From Eledone cirrhosa (lineage: Eukaryota): DNA of 64,000 bases. Position 1 is the stretch's first letter. Every line of letters begins with the position of its first letter. The translations under genes were made by a program, and so were the position numbers. Below, in pieces: positions 1 through 12,993 of this stretch. The notes beneath the pieces were generated by a model. That model saw only the letters and a program-made list of their open reading frames with translations. It had not been told where the DNA came from and did no database searches. The stretch is from positions 13,020,001 to 13,084,000 of the forward strand of contig OZ024759.1 of assembly GCA_964016885.1 (NCBI GenBank), read 5' to 3'.

Positions 1-452
1 ACTACCACGGGTAGCCAGCTCAGTGTCTATGGTGGTAAGTAGGGAGGTAGCCCTAGGGCCAAGGACACTAGAAGTTTCTACTGCTACGGGTAGCCAGCTC
101 AGTGTCTATGGTGATAAGTAGGGAGGTAGCCCTAGGGCCAAGGACACTAGAAGTTTCTACTGCTACGGGTAGCCAGCTCAGTGTCTATGGTGGTAAGTAG
201 GGAGGTAGCCCTAGGGCCAAGGACACCAGAAGTCTCCACTGCTACGGGTAGCCAGCTCAGTGGCGGTAAGTAGAGAAGTAGCTCTAGGCCAAGGACACCA
301 GAAGTCTTCACTACTACAGGTAGCCAGCTCAGTGTCTATGAGGGTAAGTAGGGAGGTAGCCCTAGGGCCAAGAACACCAGAAGTCTCCACTAGCCAGCTC
401 AGTGGTGGTAACTAGGGAGGTAGCCCTAGGGCCAAGGACACCAGAAGTCTCC
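1..452. repeat. 79-bp GC-rich minisatellite (~6 units, runs off window start)
   Basis: CGGGTAGCC recurs at 8, 87, 166; unit ...GCCAGCTCAGTGTCTATGGTGGTAAGTAGGGAGGTAGCCCTAGGGCCAAGGACAC...; homologous to the 78-bp array at 51329-52185. Confidence 0.9.
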
Positions 453-524
453 TCTGTTCGATCCTCAACTGCAAGATAACTGATTGATCTATAGACTCAT
501 TGGTTAATTTATTGATTGATTTAA

Positions 525-1506
525 ATATGTGTGTGCTTGTATGTGTGTGTATGTATGTATGTATGTGTATTTATGTGTGTATGTGTGTGTTTGTATATAT
601 GTGTTTGTCAGTGTACTGTGTATATGTATGTCTGTGTGAATGTTTGTTAGTGTCTGTGTGTATATGTGTATGTCTATGTATATGTGTGTATATGTCTGTT
701 AGTGTGTGTGTATATATGTGTATGCCTGTGTACTGTGTATATGTATGTATATGTCTGTTAGTGTGTGTATATGTGTATGCCTGTGTACTATGTATATGTG
801 TGTATATGTCTGTTAGTGTGTGTGTATATATATGTATGCCTGTGTACTATGTATATGTGGGTATATGTCTGTTAGTGTGTGTGTGTGTGTGTGTGTATAT
901 GTATGCCTGTGTACTATGTATATGTGTGTATATGTCTGTTAGTGTGTGTGTGTGTGTGTGTATATATGTATGCCTGTGTACTATGTATATGTGTGTATAT
1001 GTCTGTTAGTGTGTGTGTATATATATGTATGCCTGTGTACTATGTATATGTGGGTATATGTCTGTTAGTGTGTGTGTGTGTGTGTGTATATATGTATGCC
1101 TGTGTACTATGTATATGTGTGTATATGTCTGTTAGTGTGTGTGTGTGTATATATGTATGCCTGTGTACTATGTATATGTGTGTATATGTCTGTTAGTGTG
1201 TGTGTGTGTGTGTGTATATATGTATGCCTGTGTACTATGTATATGTGTGTATATGTCTGTTAGTGTGTGTGTGTGTGTATATATGTATGCCTGTGTACTA
1301 TGTATATGTGTGTATATGTCTGTTAGTGTGTGTGTATATATATGTATGCCTGTGTACTATGTATATGTGGGTATATGTCTGTTAGTGTGTGTGTGTATAT
1401 ATGTATGCCTGTGTACTATGTATATGTGGGTATATGTCTGTTAGTGTGTGTGTGTGTGTATATATGTATGCCTGTGTACTATGTATATGTGGGTATATGT
1501 CTGTTA

Positions 1507-1537
<31 letters not shown>

Positions 1538-1590
1538 TGCCTGTGTACTATGTATATGTGGGTATATGTCTGTTAGTGTGTGTGTGTATC
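525..1590. repeat. TG/TA-derived minisatellite (~60-70 bp, variable (TG)n)
   Basis: repeated GTATGCCTGTGTACTATGTATATGTG..TCTGTTAG(TG)n. Confidence 0.9.
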
Positions 1591-1793
1591 TAAGAGAGAT
1601 CAGTTCAGTCCCAACCTATTAAAGAATCAGTTAAAGCAGTGTACTGAGGAGAGGGAGGGGACAGTGGTGGCGTGGGGGGTGGGGGTGGGGGGGTGGGGGG
1701 TCTTGGGATCATTCCAGCCCCTAGGGCACACACACTCCTATTTTTGGTTTCACCTGGCCAACAGAATAAAAAGGGAACAACTACAGACAGACA

Positions 1794-2228
<435 letters not shown>

Positions 2229-2457
2229 ATACACACATTCCTCAAACAAATTTAATGCCAAACCAAAGAGAGAAAATAGCCAGAAATATTAACATGGACA
2301 ACATCCAGGTCAAAACTAAAAACAGAAAGATTTTTGGTATGAAATATATATATATATACATACATACTATACATGTGTGTGTATATATATATATATATAA
2401 TCGTTTTACGTTGATTTTTCCATGCTCGCATGGGTTAGATGATATATATATTTATAT

Positions 2458-2562
2458 ATTTCGTTTCTGAATTTGTTTAGCAAGATTCTTTATCTGAAAT
2501 TGTGTGTTGAAACCGATATTGTTATACTTTGGGAGGGTCATGTCCCAAAGTATAACAATATA
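2458..2562. mobile_element. short (TA)n-embedded repeat with terminal fold-back (family also at 3365-3578, 13297-13430, 40259-40415)
   Basis: shared ATATTGTTATACTT(T/G)GGGAGGGTCAT; arms TATTGTTATACTTTGGGA / TCCCAAAGTATAACAATA. Confidence 0.6.
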
Positions 2563-2586
2563 TTTATATATATATATATATATATG

Positions 2587-2885
2587 TCATCATCATCACC
2601 GTTTTACGTCCGTTCTTCCACGCTAGCATGGGTTAGACGGGTTGTCCTGACCATGCCTTGCTCATACAGGAACTGATTCTGGCTTGGTTTCTACAGCTGG
2701 ATGCCCTTCCTAACACCAACCTCATTTACAGTGAGTGCTGGGTGCTTTTTTGCCGTGGCACCTACACGTCCACTTTACAGTGTGGGCTGGGTGCTTTTTT
2801 GCCGTGGCACCTCCACAACCACTTTGCAGTGGGAGGGTGTGGGGGCATATTGTCTATATGCTTCAGCTTCGGCTTGTACCCGCGG
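2587..2885 (-). mobile_element. RTE-LINE 3' UTR fragment with (GAT)n tail
   Basis: same sequence follows RTE ORF ends at 16887-17705, 39433-39940 and 55745-56268. Confidence 0.75.
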
Positions 2886-2967
2886 TGGGTGAGTTTTATT
2901 GTAGCACAATAAAGCAATGCAAATATCGGATAAGTAGCACTCTACAGTTTGTAGGACTGGAGGATAA

Positions 2968-3165
2968 ATAAATAATTGTTTCTACGTTTGGCACAAGGCC
3001 AGAAATTACCCAGAGCATGACTGGTACTTTATTTTATCGACCCCGTAAGGATGAAAGGCAAAGTTAACCTCGGCGGGATTTGAACTCAGAATGGCAAGGG
3101 CCGTAACTCTATGCGTCAAAGCATAGCGTCCGACCCTCTACCGATACTGCCAATCCACCGCCCTA
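2968..3165 (-). mobile_element. tRNA-derived SINE, family B (Meta/MESC-like core)
   Basis: minus strand: A-box-like TGGCAGTATCGG, B-box GAGTTCAAATCC, core GCCTTTCATCCTTACGGGGTCGATAAAATAAAGTACCAG; about ten copies in the window. Confidence 0.8.
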
Positions 3166-3279
3166 GTATAAATAAATAATGATCTTATATTATATATATA
3201 TATATATAAATAAATAAATATATAAACAGACTAAATAAAGATGGCGTAGACATACAATGTAACGGGAGGAAACAATAGC

Positions 3280-3321
3280 ACCACTGACGATGTTGCAGAT
3301 GTGCAACGAAAGAACTTTGAT
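3280..3321 (+). ncRNA. degenerate hammerhead ribozyme-like motif
   Basis: CTGACGA-t-GTTGCA gatg TGCAAC-GAAA-G aa C-TT; helix I imperfect (acca/tgat). Confidence 0.4.
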
Positions 3322-3576
3322 AAACTATATATATGTGTTTGTGTCTATATTGTATCTGTATTATTTTTGACCGTTGGTCAGTCAATGGCAATATTGAGGA
3401 CCGAATAAATTAGATTACCGATATAAAAGACACAGAAGCGAAAACCAACCAAACAGTGAGTGTGTTCTGTTATTAATTCTGGCAATATTACACAAATATG
3501 ACCCTCCCCAAGTATAACAATATTTGTTTCGACACACGATTTCATATAAAAAACCTCGCAAAACTAATTCATCGCC

Positions 3577-3611
<35 letters not shown>

Positions 3612-3899
3612 CAAACATTAAAACATGCTACATAATCATATTTATTGGGTTATACATATTTCAGTGACACCAGCGTGGAGCTGTTACGTAATCATGACAA
3701 CAACCAGTACTAGTGTGACATCATCAGATGTTAACACAATTATCTGACTGAGTTGATATGTTGCAGGCAAATGCTTCCATGTTTGCGAATGTCCAGTGAA
3801 CATATGACTCACCAATTGTTTTTTTCTTCATTGCACTCTCTTGTGGGATCTATTTTCTCATTGGTCGATTCTGTAAACTCTAAGATGAGTTGATTATAT

Positions 3900-4245
3900 A
3901 TCTTCTCATTCCTAAGAGGGTTGTGGGGGTAGAGTTCTGAAACACTCATTCTAGTTGATCCTGTCAGAAGCAACTGACTCCACCTGGGTCCCAAAGCATG
4001 ACCAACCAAGGTCATGGATGTTACCCAACCATTTTGCTTGGGGTCTACCCCTAGGTCTCCTGCCAGTTGGTTTTGCCTGTATAATCTGTCCAGTGATTCT
4101 TTCCTCAGACATTCTAACCACATGCCCATAGTATCGGAACTGTGATCTCTCAATTCGGAGAAGTAGCAGCTCTACCTGGAGTGGCTCTCTGATCTCTGAG
4201 CTACTCACTCTATCGAGTTACATTACTCCAAAGACCCTTCGGATT
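3900..4245 (-). pseudogene. RTE LINE ORF C-terminal fragment
   Basis: ORF 3951-4208: RIERSQFRYYGHVVRMSEERIT..GRRPRGRP..W, the typical RTE C-terminus. Confidence 0.8.
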
Positions 4246-4263
4246 ATATATATATATATATAT

Positions 4264-4608
4264 GGAGGCACATGGCTTAGTGGTTAGAGCATTGGGCTTG
4301 CAATCGAAAGGTTGTGAGTTCAATTCTCAGACCAGGTGATGTGTTGTTTCCTTGAGCAAGACACTTTATTTCACATTACTCCAGTTTACTCAGCTGTAGA
4401 ATTGAGATGATAGGGACTGGAGTCCCTATCATTCCACTGCAAAGTGGTCGTGTAGGTGCCACGGTAAAAAAGCACCCAGCACTCACTGTAAATGAGGTTG
4501 GTGTTAGGAAGGGCATCCAGCTGTAGAAATCAAGCCAGAATCAGTTCCCGTCCCACCCTTGCAAGCAGGGAAAAGCGGACGTAAAATGATGATGATGATG
4601 ATGATGAT
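4264..4608 (+). mobile_element. tRNA-derived SINE, family A (tRNA head, CORE-like middle, RTE-derived tail, (GAT)n)
   Basis: TGGCTTAGTGG A-box, GAGTTCAATTC B-box, CCTTGAGCAAGACACTT; tail CCCTTGCAAGCAGGGAAAAGCGGACGTAAAATGATGAT shared with the RTE 3' end at 45890-45940. Confidence 0.85.
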
Positions 4609-5488
4609 ATATACATATATATATATATATATATATCGCAGTAGAGGAAAACCACGAAAATCATGGGCGGAGGTGGTGGGAGCTGACCGTAGATCGCTGA
4701 AGCTCACCAAGGAGATGACGAAGGACTATGACAAATGGGGAGATGTTGTGCTGGAGAGGACCCATCCCACCATTGCAAGCAGGGAGAAGCTGATGTAAAA
4801 CAATGATCATCATCATTTTTTACACCCGTTTTTCCACGCTTGTATAGGCTGGACAGTACATACACTCACACAAGAGATAGATGGAGAACATTGAAATGTA
4901 AACAGCAAGAGCTTTTGTGGAGACACGACCACTTTAGAGGGGGGCATACTGTCTATATGCTACAGCTTTGGCTTGTAGCCGTGGGAAGCTGGGTCTTCTG
5001 TATTACTGTGTAACTCCAGAGGTCTCAGTCCTATGTCATCACCTATATATATATATCTCTTGTTGTCCTGTTGTAAGATAGGCCAAGTCATGTGACAATG
5101 TCTTGCTCACACACACAATTGTATGGACATAGGATGGGCATGGATGATGATGATGATGGTGGTGATTGTTGGGTGGAGAAATGACCAAGAAACCCCAATG
5201 GAAGGAAACCGTGGAAGAGGATGACCAAGGAAGACCTGGGTTGATGTGGTGAGAGCTGCTCTTAGATTCACTGAACTTTACAGCCAAGACAATAGAGGAA
5301 ATCAACATGTAGAGGGAGGGTGAGGTGGAGAACACCTAGCCAACCCACACAGGTATGCAAACATGGATGTAAAACAATGTTGTTGTTGGTGATTCACTCT
5401 GCTCTAAATTTTTAGTTAACTTTATGTGTATATAAATATATGTATGTGGGTGAGTGTGTGTGTATATGGCTAAATATATGGATGTCTG

Positions 5489-5520
<32 letters not shown>

Positions 5521-5559
5521 TATATATATACATATTTATATATTTATATATATACATAC

Positions 5560-5594
<35 letters not shown>

Positions 5595-5621
5595 CATACA
5601 TATATATATATACATATATAT

Positions 5622-6230
5622 GGTGGCTGCCAACTCGTTTTCGAGTACGGCCACTACTTTATATCCATGTAGGAGAACCCCTACCGATGCGCTGAACGAG
5701 TGTGACTTTTTAGTCCAGCCAGCGACTTGAAAACTCTGGTACAAACACTACACTTGTGACAATTATTGACACATAGTGCTGGGCCCATGGTACCATGTGA
5801 CGACAAGTGCAGAGAGATCTCCAGATATAAAGCAATGCCTGTGCCGTGAAGCTTTTATAGTGAGCAAAGGCACTGCACAAAGCCAGTCCCACTCTCTTAA
5901 CCAAGATGATATTTACCAAAAAGAAGAACAAGTCAACATCATTGGATACCATCAGAGTTGCAGGTGTTATATCAGAGTTTTCCTTCTCCTAGAATTCTGC
6001 CTTGACAAAGGCTAAGGGGTCATCTCTCCCGGTGATTTTGGATGGCCATTGACTCTTAAGAGCTCCTTTGCCCTTTGACAGGTTTTGTTTTTAGTCCTGC
6101 AGGATATCCAAAGTCACCCTTCTCACAAAGAAACCTTGGTGGGGTTGCCAGTTTAGTCGCCAACGACCCGACCATGAGATAGGTTGTACTGGGATACATG
6201 TTACCAGTAGCACCAACTGGTGACCTGACA
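5622..6230 (-). mobile_element. ~610-bp bipartite non-autonomous RTE element in (TA)n
   Basis: near-identical inverted copy at 35366-35974; RTE-like 5' UTR motif CTAGGAGAAGGAAAACTCTGA; C2H2-coding 3' end and terminal hairpin ACTCG-AAAA-CGAGT. Confidence 0.75.
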
Positions 6231-6370
6231 TACATATATATATATACACACATATATATATACATACATATACAATATACATACACATATATATACACAT
6301 ACCCATATATACATACATATACAATATACATACACATATATATACACATACACATATATACATACATATA

Positions 6371-7257
6371 TAGGGGGTGGACGATATTTGTTCGCAATTT
6401 TCAACTGCTAATTTTATGCAAATTTTTTTACATCCGTTGTCACTCTTGTCTTCATAAAAACAGTGACTATATTTCCATTATTTATTTTCAGAATAATTGA
6501 TTATGAATAATTTTGAACCTCCAAATTTGTGAGACACAAAGTTCTTCTTGGAATCCACACCGAGAGGACAAATAAGGAAATTTCAGACTTTCTCAGCATC
6601 AGCAGGAGAATGGTGTCTCATCCAAAGACGTGCCCAGAGTCATGCAGACAAAGTTTCCAGCGACAACATTGGTCTTAGGTGTCGTCAGCAGTCAAGGTGA
6701 CATCATGCCACCTTACTTCTTCCCTGAGGGTCTCAAGCTGAACATTGATGGCTACATCCGCGTTCTGAGCGAAATAGTAAAGCAATGGATCAACCAGGTA
6801 GCTGCAGGTAGGCCGTGTGTGTGGCAGCAAGACTCAGCGCCCTGCCATACCAGCCGAAAGACCCAAGCCTGGCTGTCAGAGAACTTCGTCGACCACACTT
6901 CACCTGACATCTGGCCTCCCAGCTCGCCCAACTGCAACCCCCTTGACTTCTTTGTGTGGGGCGCAGTGGAACGAGACACCAACAGATCTAGCTGCAATAC
7001 GAAAGATGATCTGAAGGCCAGGATCACAAGTGCCTTTAGGGGCCTAAGTCGGGGGACAGTGACGAAGGCCTGTAGCCGGTTCCGAGGCCGCCTTGAGGTC
7101 GTCATCAAAGCCAATGGTGGGTTTATCGAGTGAGATCGAAAGAACAAGTCATGAAGACAAACTGACCCAAGTTTGATAAATATATCTTAAAAAATAAAAC
7201 TACTGTGTTATTTTTTCCTAGACAGTAATCTTGCGAACAAATATCGTCCGCACCCTG
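6371..7257 (+). mobile_element. internally deleted Tc1/mariner DD37D (maT) transposon
   Basis: ~27-bp TIRs (CAGGGTGCGGACGATATTTGTTCGCAA, left copy with mismatches), TA flanks; ORF 6630-7133 has WQQD-SAPCH...WPPSSPNCNPL-D with 37 residues between the two D. Confidence 0.9.
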
Positions 7258-7306
<49 letters not shown>

Positions 7307-7336
7307 CATATATACATATATATATATACATATACA

Positions 7337-7344
<8 letters not shown>

Positions 7345-7368
<24 letters not shown>

Positions 7369-8183
7369 AATTATTGTGTACAGTGCTCAGGTGCACTACA
7401 ACTCATCAAAGGTGCATGTATAGTACAGAGAATAATATACAAATGTCAGGGAAGTGAATAGTGTATGAGTCATGATATACATGTGTGTATGTGTATGGAG
7501 GGGGAACATTAGGTGTAGTGTTGGCGAATCTCGGGAAGCATGGAGGCCTTAAAGGATGCAGAGTCTCGACAGCTAACAACTGATGCAGGTAGTTTGTTCC
7601 ATGCTTCAACAACTCTGAGCGTGAAAAAATGTTTCCGAAAGTCATAGGAACTGTACTGTTTTCTGACTTTGTGGGCATGTCCACGTGTGTTAGACACATG
7701 GAAATCAAAAAGGTAGTCAGGGTTGTTGTTGGAAAGATGGTTAACAATTTTGTGGGTGTTTACCAAGTCAGTTGCCAGGCGTCGGAGCTTCAATGTATTC
7801 ATGCCCAGGGAAGCAAGGCGCTCAGAGTATGGTAGATGCCTGATGGAGGGTATTCGCTTGGTTGCACGTCTCTGAACAGTTTCCAGGAGGTCAATGTTCT
7901 GAGCAAGATAGGGGTTCCAGACTGGTGATGCAAAATCTAAGTGTGGCCGCACCATAGCTGTATACAGCCTTAAATAGATATCTGGAGAGCGGCTGACAAA
8001 GGTCTTGCTGAGTGATGCTAAGACACCCTCGGCCCTCTTGACAATTTTAGAGATGTGCCTCGTCCAACGCAAATCGCTGCTGACCGTAATGCCCAGGTCA
8101 CATTCACAGGAAGACTTCTTGATATTAGTGCTGTGGAGGGAGTATGTGGACGCTGGGTTTTTACTCCCAAAATGCATGGTGGT
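7345..8183 (-). pseudogene. 5'-truncated CR1-clade LINE (ORF2 C-terminus, 3' UTR, (ATT)n tail)
   Basis: ORF 7509-8219: DLGITVSSDLRW..LYTAMVRPHLDFASPVWNP..LETVQRRATKRIP..FFTLRVVEAWNKLP. Confidence 0.9.
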
Positions 8184-8446
8184 ACACATATATACATATA
8201 TATACATATATACACACACAAATATATATATACATATCTATATACACACACATATATATATACATACACACATATATATATATACACACACATACACATA
8301 TATATACACACACATACACATATATACACACACACACATATACACACACACGCACACACACACACATACATATATATATATATTATTCACATTCAAATCA
8401 AACCACAAACACAATACAAGAATTTTATGTACATATCGATCAGAAC

Positions 8447-9335
8447 TACCACTACTGCTACCACCACTACTACTATTACTACTTGTAATGCAACTACTAC
8501 TACTACTACTACTGCCACTACCACTTCTGATACTGCCACCACCACTACTGATACTGCCACCACTACCACCACCACCATTAGCACTACTACTACCACCACC
8601 ATCGCCACTACCACTACTGATACTACCATTACCGCCACCACCAACACCGCCACCACCAACACCACCACTACCACCACCACCACCACCACTACTACTACTG
8701 ACACTACTACCACCACTACCACCTCTACCACCACCACCACCACCACCACCACTACTACTGACACTACTACCACCACTACTGATACTACCATTACTGCCGC
8801 CACCAACACCACCACTACCACCTCTACCACCACCACCACCACCACCACCACCACTACTACTACTGACACTACTACCACCACTACCACCTCTACCACCACC
8901 ACCACCACCACTACTACTACTGACACTACTACCACCACTACCACCTCTACCACCACCACCACCACCACTACTACTACTGACACTACTACCACCACTACCA
9001 CCTCTACCACCACCACCACCACCACCACTACTACTGACACTACTACCACCACTACTGATACTACCACCACTACCACCTCTACCACCACCACCACCACCAC
9101 CACTACTACTGACACTACTACCACCACTACTGATACTACCATTACTGCCGCCACCAACACCACCACTACTACCACCTCTACCACCACCACCACCACTACT
9201 GACACTACTACCACTACTGATTCTACTACTACCACCACTACTGATACTACCATTACCACCACCACCAACACTATCACCACTACCACTACTGATACTACTA
9301 CCACCACCACCACTACTACTACTACTACCACCACA
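8447..9335. repeat. (ACC/ACT)n trinucleotide array
   Basis: direct reading; source of the poly-T/P/V ORFs. Confidence 0.9.
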
Positions 9336-9389
9336 TACTGTAGTTGTACAACAATGACACCAACAACAACTAGTTTCAGCTAACCAATT

Positions 9390-10420
9390 GTCTGTCTGTA
9401 TTTACCTACCTGTCAGTCTGTCTACCTGTCAGTCTGTCTACCTGTCTGTCTGTCTACCTGTCTGACCCTCTACCTGTCTCTATAGCTACGTGTCTGTCTG
9501 TCTACCTGTCTGACCCTCTACCTGTCTCTATAGCTACGTGTCTGTCTGTCTACCTGTCTGACCCTCTACCTGTCTCTATAGCTACGTGTCTGTCTGTCTA
9601 CCTGTCTGACCCTCTACCTGTCTCTATAGCTACGTCTCTGTCTGTCTACCTGTCTGTCTCTTTACCTGTCTGTCTACCTGTCTGACCCTCTACCTGTCTC
9701 TATAGCTACATGTCTGTCTGTCTACCTCTCTGAGCCTCTACCTGTCTCTATAGCTACGTGTCTGTCTGTCTACCTCTCTGAGCCTCTACCTGTCTCTATA
9801 GCTACGTGTCTGTCTGTCTACCTCTCTGACCCTCTACCTGTCTCTATAGCTACGTGTCTGTCTGTCTACCTCTCTGACCCTCTACCTGTCTCTATAGCTA
9901 CGTGTCTGTCTGTCTACCTCTCTGACCCTCTACCTGTCTCTATAGCTACGTGTCTGTCTCTTTACCTGTCTGACCCTCTACCTGTCTCTATAGCTACGTG
10001 TCTGTCTGTCTACCTCTCTGAGCCTCTACCTGTCTCTATAGCTACGTGTCTGTCTGTCTACCTCTCTGACCCTCTACCTGTCTCTATAGCTACGTGTCTG
10101 TCTCTTTACCTGTCTGACCCTCTACCTGTCTCTATAGCTACGTGTCTGTCTGTCTACCTCTCTGAGCCTCTACCTGTCTCTATAGCTACGTGTCTGTCTG
10201 TCTACCTCTCTGACCCTCTACCTGTCTCTATAGCTACGTGTCTGTCTCTTTACCTGTCTGACCCTCTACCTGTCTCTATAGCTACGTGTCTGTCTGTCTA
10301 CCTCTCTGAGCCTCTACCTGTCTCTATAGCTACGTGTCTGTCTGTCTACCTCTCTGACCCTCTACCTGTCTCTATAGCTACGTGTCTACATGTCTGTCTG
10401 TCTGTCTGTCTCTTTACCTG
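9390..10420. repeat. 48-bp minisatellite
   Basis: TCTGACCCTCTACCTGTCTCTATAGCTACGTG... at 9461, 9509 and onward. Confidence 0.9.
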
Positions 10421-10693
10421 TGTATTAATATACAAGTCCGGTTACACAACTGTTAACTATAACTAGGTTAGGTTAGTCTGGTTGATTACCTGAAGAGGAG
10501 GAAACAACATAAAAGATAGAAGCATGGGCGAGGGGGGGGGGACTTCTCACTAATCACTACTACTGTTAATTATTATCATTATTGTTATTATTATTGTTGC
10601 TCCATAACTTGTGAATTATTCAACAGTAAAATTATGAGAAGGAAACCTGAGCGTAATTCGCCATATATTCATAAAAAATATTGTTTCTTTATA

Positions 10694-10751
10694 GACACCT
10701 CAACACACACAAACACACACAAATGTGTGTGTTTGTGTGTGTTGAGGTGTC
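10694..10751. repeat. perfect palindrome, 28-bp arms, 2-nt spacer
   Basis: GACACCTCAACACACACAAACACACACA-aa-TGTGTGTGTTTGTGTGTGTTGAGGTGTC. Confidence 0.9.
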
Positions 10752-10914
10752 ATTACAGGATATAATGCCCAAAGTCAAGCTTAACCCATTTCAATGGCTA
10801 GGTGGTGTTTCTTGTCTTTAGCAGTAATATCTGACCCATGCCATCATCCTCTATATATAATTGTAAAAGAGGTTGAACTGATTAGATATAGATCTAAACC
10901 TTTATTTTATTTAA

Positions 10915-11950
10915 AGAGCCCAGCCCACACTGTAAAGTGGTTGTCTAGGTGTCATGACAAAAAGCCCCCAGTCCACACTGTAAAGTGGTCGTCTACAGCA
11001 AAAGCAGCCAGCTCACCCTGTAAAGTGGTTGTGTAGGTATCATGGCAAAAAGTCCCCAGTCCACACTGTAAAGTGGTCGTCTAGGTGTCATGACAAAAAG
11101 CCCCCAGTCCACACTGTAAAGTGGTCGTCTACAGCAAAAGCAGCCAGCCCACACTGTAAAGGGGTTGTCTAAGTGTCATGACAAAAAGGCCCCAGTCCAC
11201 ACTGTAAAGTGGTCGTCTACAGCAAAAGCAGCCCAGCCCACACTGTAAAGTGGTTGTGTAGGTGTCATGACAACAAGCACCCAGTCCACACTGTAAAGTG
11301 GTCGTCTACAGCAAAAGCAGCCAGCTCACACTGTAAAGTGGTTGTGTAGGTATCATGGCAAAAAGCCCCCAGTCCACACTGTAAAGTGGTCGTCTACAGC
11401 AAAAGCAGCCAGCCCACACTGTAAAGTGGTTGTCTAGGTGTCATGACAAAAAGCCCCCAGTCCACACTGTAAAGTGGTCATCTACAGCAAAAACAGCCAG
11501 CCCACACTGTAAAGTGGTTGTCTAGGTGTCATGACAAAAAGCACCCAGTCCACACTGTAAAGTGGTCATCTACAGCAAAAGCAGCCAGCCCACACTGTAA
11601 AGTGGTTGTCTAGGTGTCATGACAAAAAGCACCCAGTCCACACTGTAAAGTGGTCGTCTACAGCAAAAGCAGCCAGCCCACACTGTAAAGTGGTTGTCTA
11701 GGTATCATGACAAAAAGCCCCCAGTCCACACTGTAAAGGGGTTGTCTAGATGTCATGACAAAAAGCACCCAGTCCACACTGTAAAGTGGTCATCTACAGC
11801 AAAAGCAGCCAGCCCACACTGTAAAGTGGTTGTCTAGGTGTCATGACAAAAAGCACCCAGTCCACACTGTAAAGTGGTCATCTACAGCAAAAGCAGCCAG
11901 CCCACACTGTAAAGTGGTTGTCTAGGTGTCATGACAAAAAGCACCCAGTA
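10915..11950 (+). repeat. minisatellite from the RTE 3' UTR unit, mostly an 88-bp (41+47) dimeric higher-order repeat
   Basis: units alternate between ...GGTCGTCTACAG and ...GGTTGTCTAGGTGTCATGA; core CCCAG(C/T)CCACACTGTAAAGTGG. Confidence 0.85.
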
Positions 11951-11951
11951 C

Positions 11952-12875
11952 ACCTGATGGGATGACAGAGTTCTTTGAGATACTGACTGGAGTGCTCCAG
12001 GGAGATACATTGGCTCCCTACCTTTTTATCATCGTAGTGGACTATTGTATGCACCTTGCACTGGAGAAACACCAGGACTCTGGCTTTACTGTAGCACCGG
12101 CTTAGAGCAGGAGAGTTAAGGCAAAAAAGATATCAGATGCTGAATTTGCCGACGACATAGTTTTGGTGACAAATACAGTGAAGGAGGTAGAGGATTTGAT
12201 GCAGGAGGTTGAGACTGTGTCGATGAGTGTGGGGCTGAGAATGAATGAGACTAAAACAAAATATCTGGTAGAGAATGTTGAGAAGCCAGAGGGGATCACT
12301 AATGTAGGCGGGAAGCTGCTAGAATTGGTTGAGGACTTCCTGTATTTGGGAGTAAAGATTGGGAATACGGAAGATGATGTGGTTGAGAGGAAGAGCAAAG
12401 CCTGGGCGGCGTGCTACAGCTTGAGATCGGTGTGGAAGTCGGACCTTCATAAAGACCTGAAAATCCACCTCTTCATTGCTGTAGTGGAGTCTGTGCTGCT
12501 GTAGAGGTCTGAGACTCGGACACTGATCAAGAAACCCATTCAGATGGTGGATGGGTGCTACACGAGAATGCTGAGGATGGCTCTGAACATTAATCAGTAT
12601 ACACTGAGGATGAAAAACTCAGAGCTGTATGGGAGCATCCCAAAAGTGACACAGAAGAGACTGAGGTTAGCTGGACATGCTCACCGACATCCAGAGTTGA
12701 CATTACACTCAGTGCTCCTGTGGGACACACTGGAAGAGGACACACTGGAAGAGGAAGACCAAGGTTAACGTATGTTGATGCCCTAAGGACAGACACTGGT
12801 CTGTTGGAGACGCAGGACATGGCAGCGATAATGAGGGACAGAGATCCATGGATCTCGGGAATTTTACCCGCCCTA
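11952..12875 (+). pseudogene. RTE-clade LINE RT/C-terminal fragment
   Basis: GVLQGDTLAPYLFIIVVD, FADDIVL, FLYLG, RLRLAGHAHRHPE, GRGRPRLTYVD; in-frame stops. Confidence 0.9.
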
Positions 12876-12931
12876 GAAATATATATATCAATGATATTAA
12901 TAAATGGAAACTATATTTATAAAACCATATT

Positions 12932-12993
12932 TATTCTATTATATATATTTCAAGGACCACCAAAACTTTGGTACGCTCTCATCAGATAAAATA
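12932..12993 (-). ncRNA. type I hammerhead ribozyme motif within fold-back element 12885-13260
   Basis: minus: tattttat-CTGATGA-gagcgtaccaaagttttggtggtcctt-GAAA-T atat A-TA^atagaata; 8-bp helix I, minimal palindromic helix III; degenerate relative at 25575-25830. Confidence 0.65.

Noticed and set aside
4264-4340. tRNA gene
   Set aside because: It has A/B boxes but continues into a multi-copy SINE body without a clean acceptor stem.
10418-10489. Minus-strand 72-bp exon with a good polypyrimidine acceptor
   Set aside because: Stops occur in all three frames and the donor is a motif of the adjacent minisatellite; it could only be non-coding and is unsupported.
11952-12875. Functional reverse transcriptase that could mobilise the ribozyme elements
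   Set aside because: The RT fragments here are RTE-type, truncated and interrupted by stops or frameshifts; no PLE RT or GIY-YIG ORF is visible in the window.
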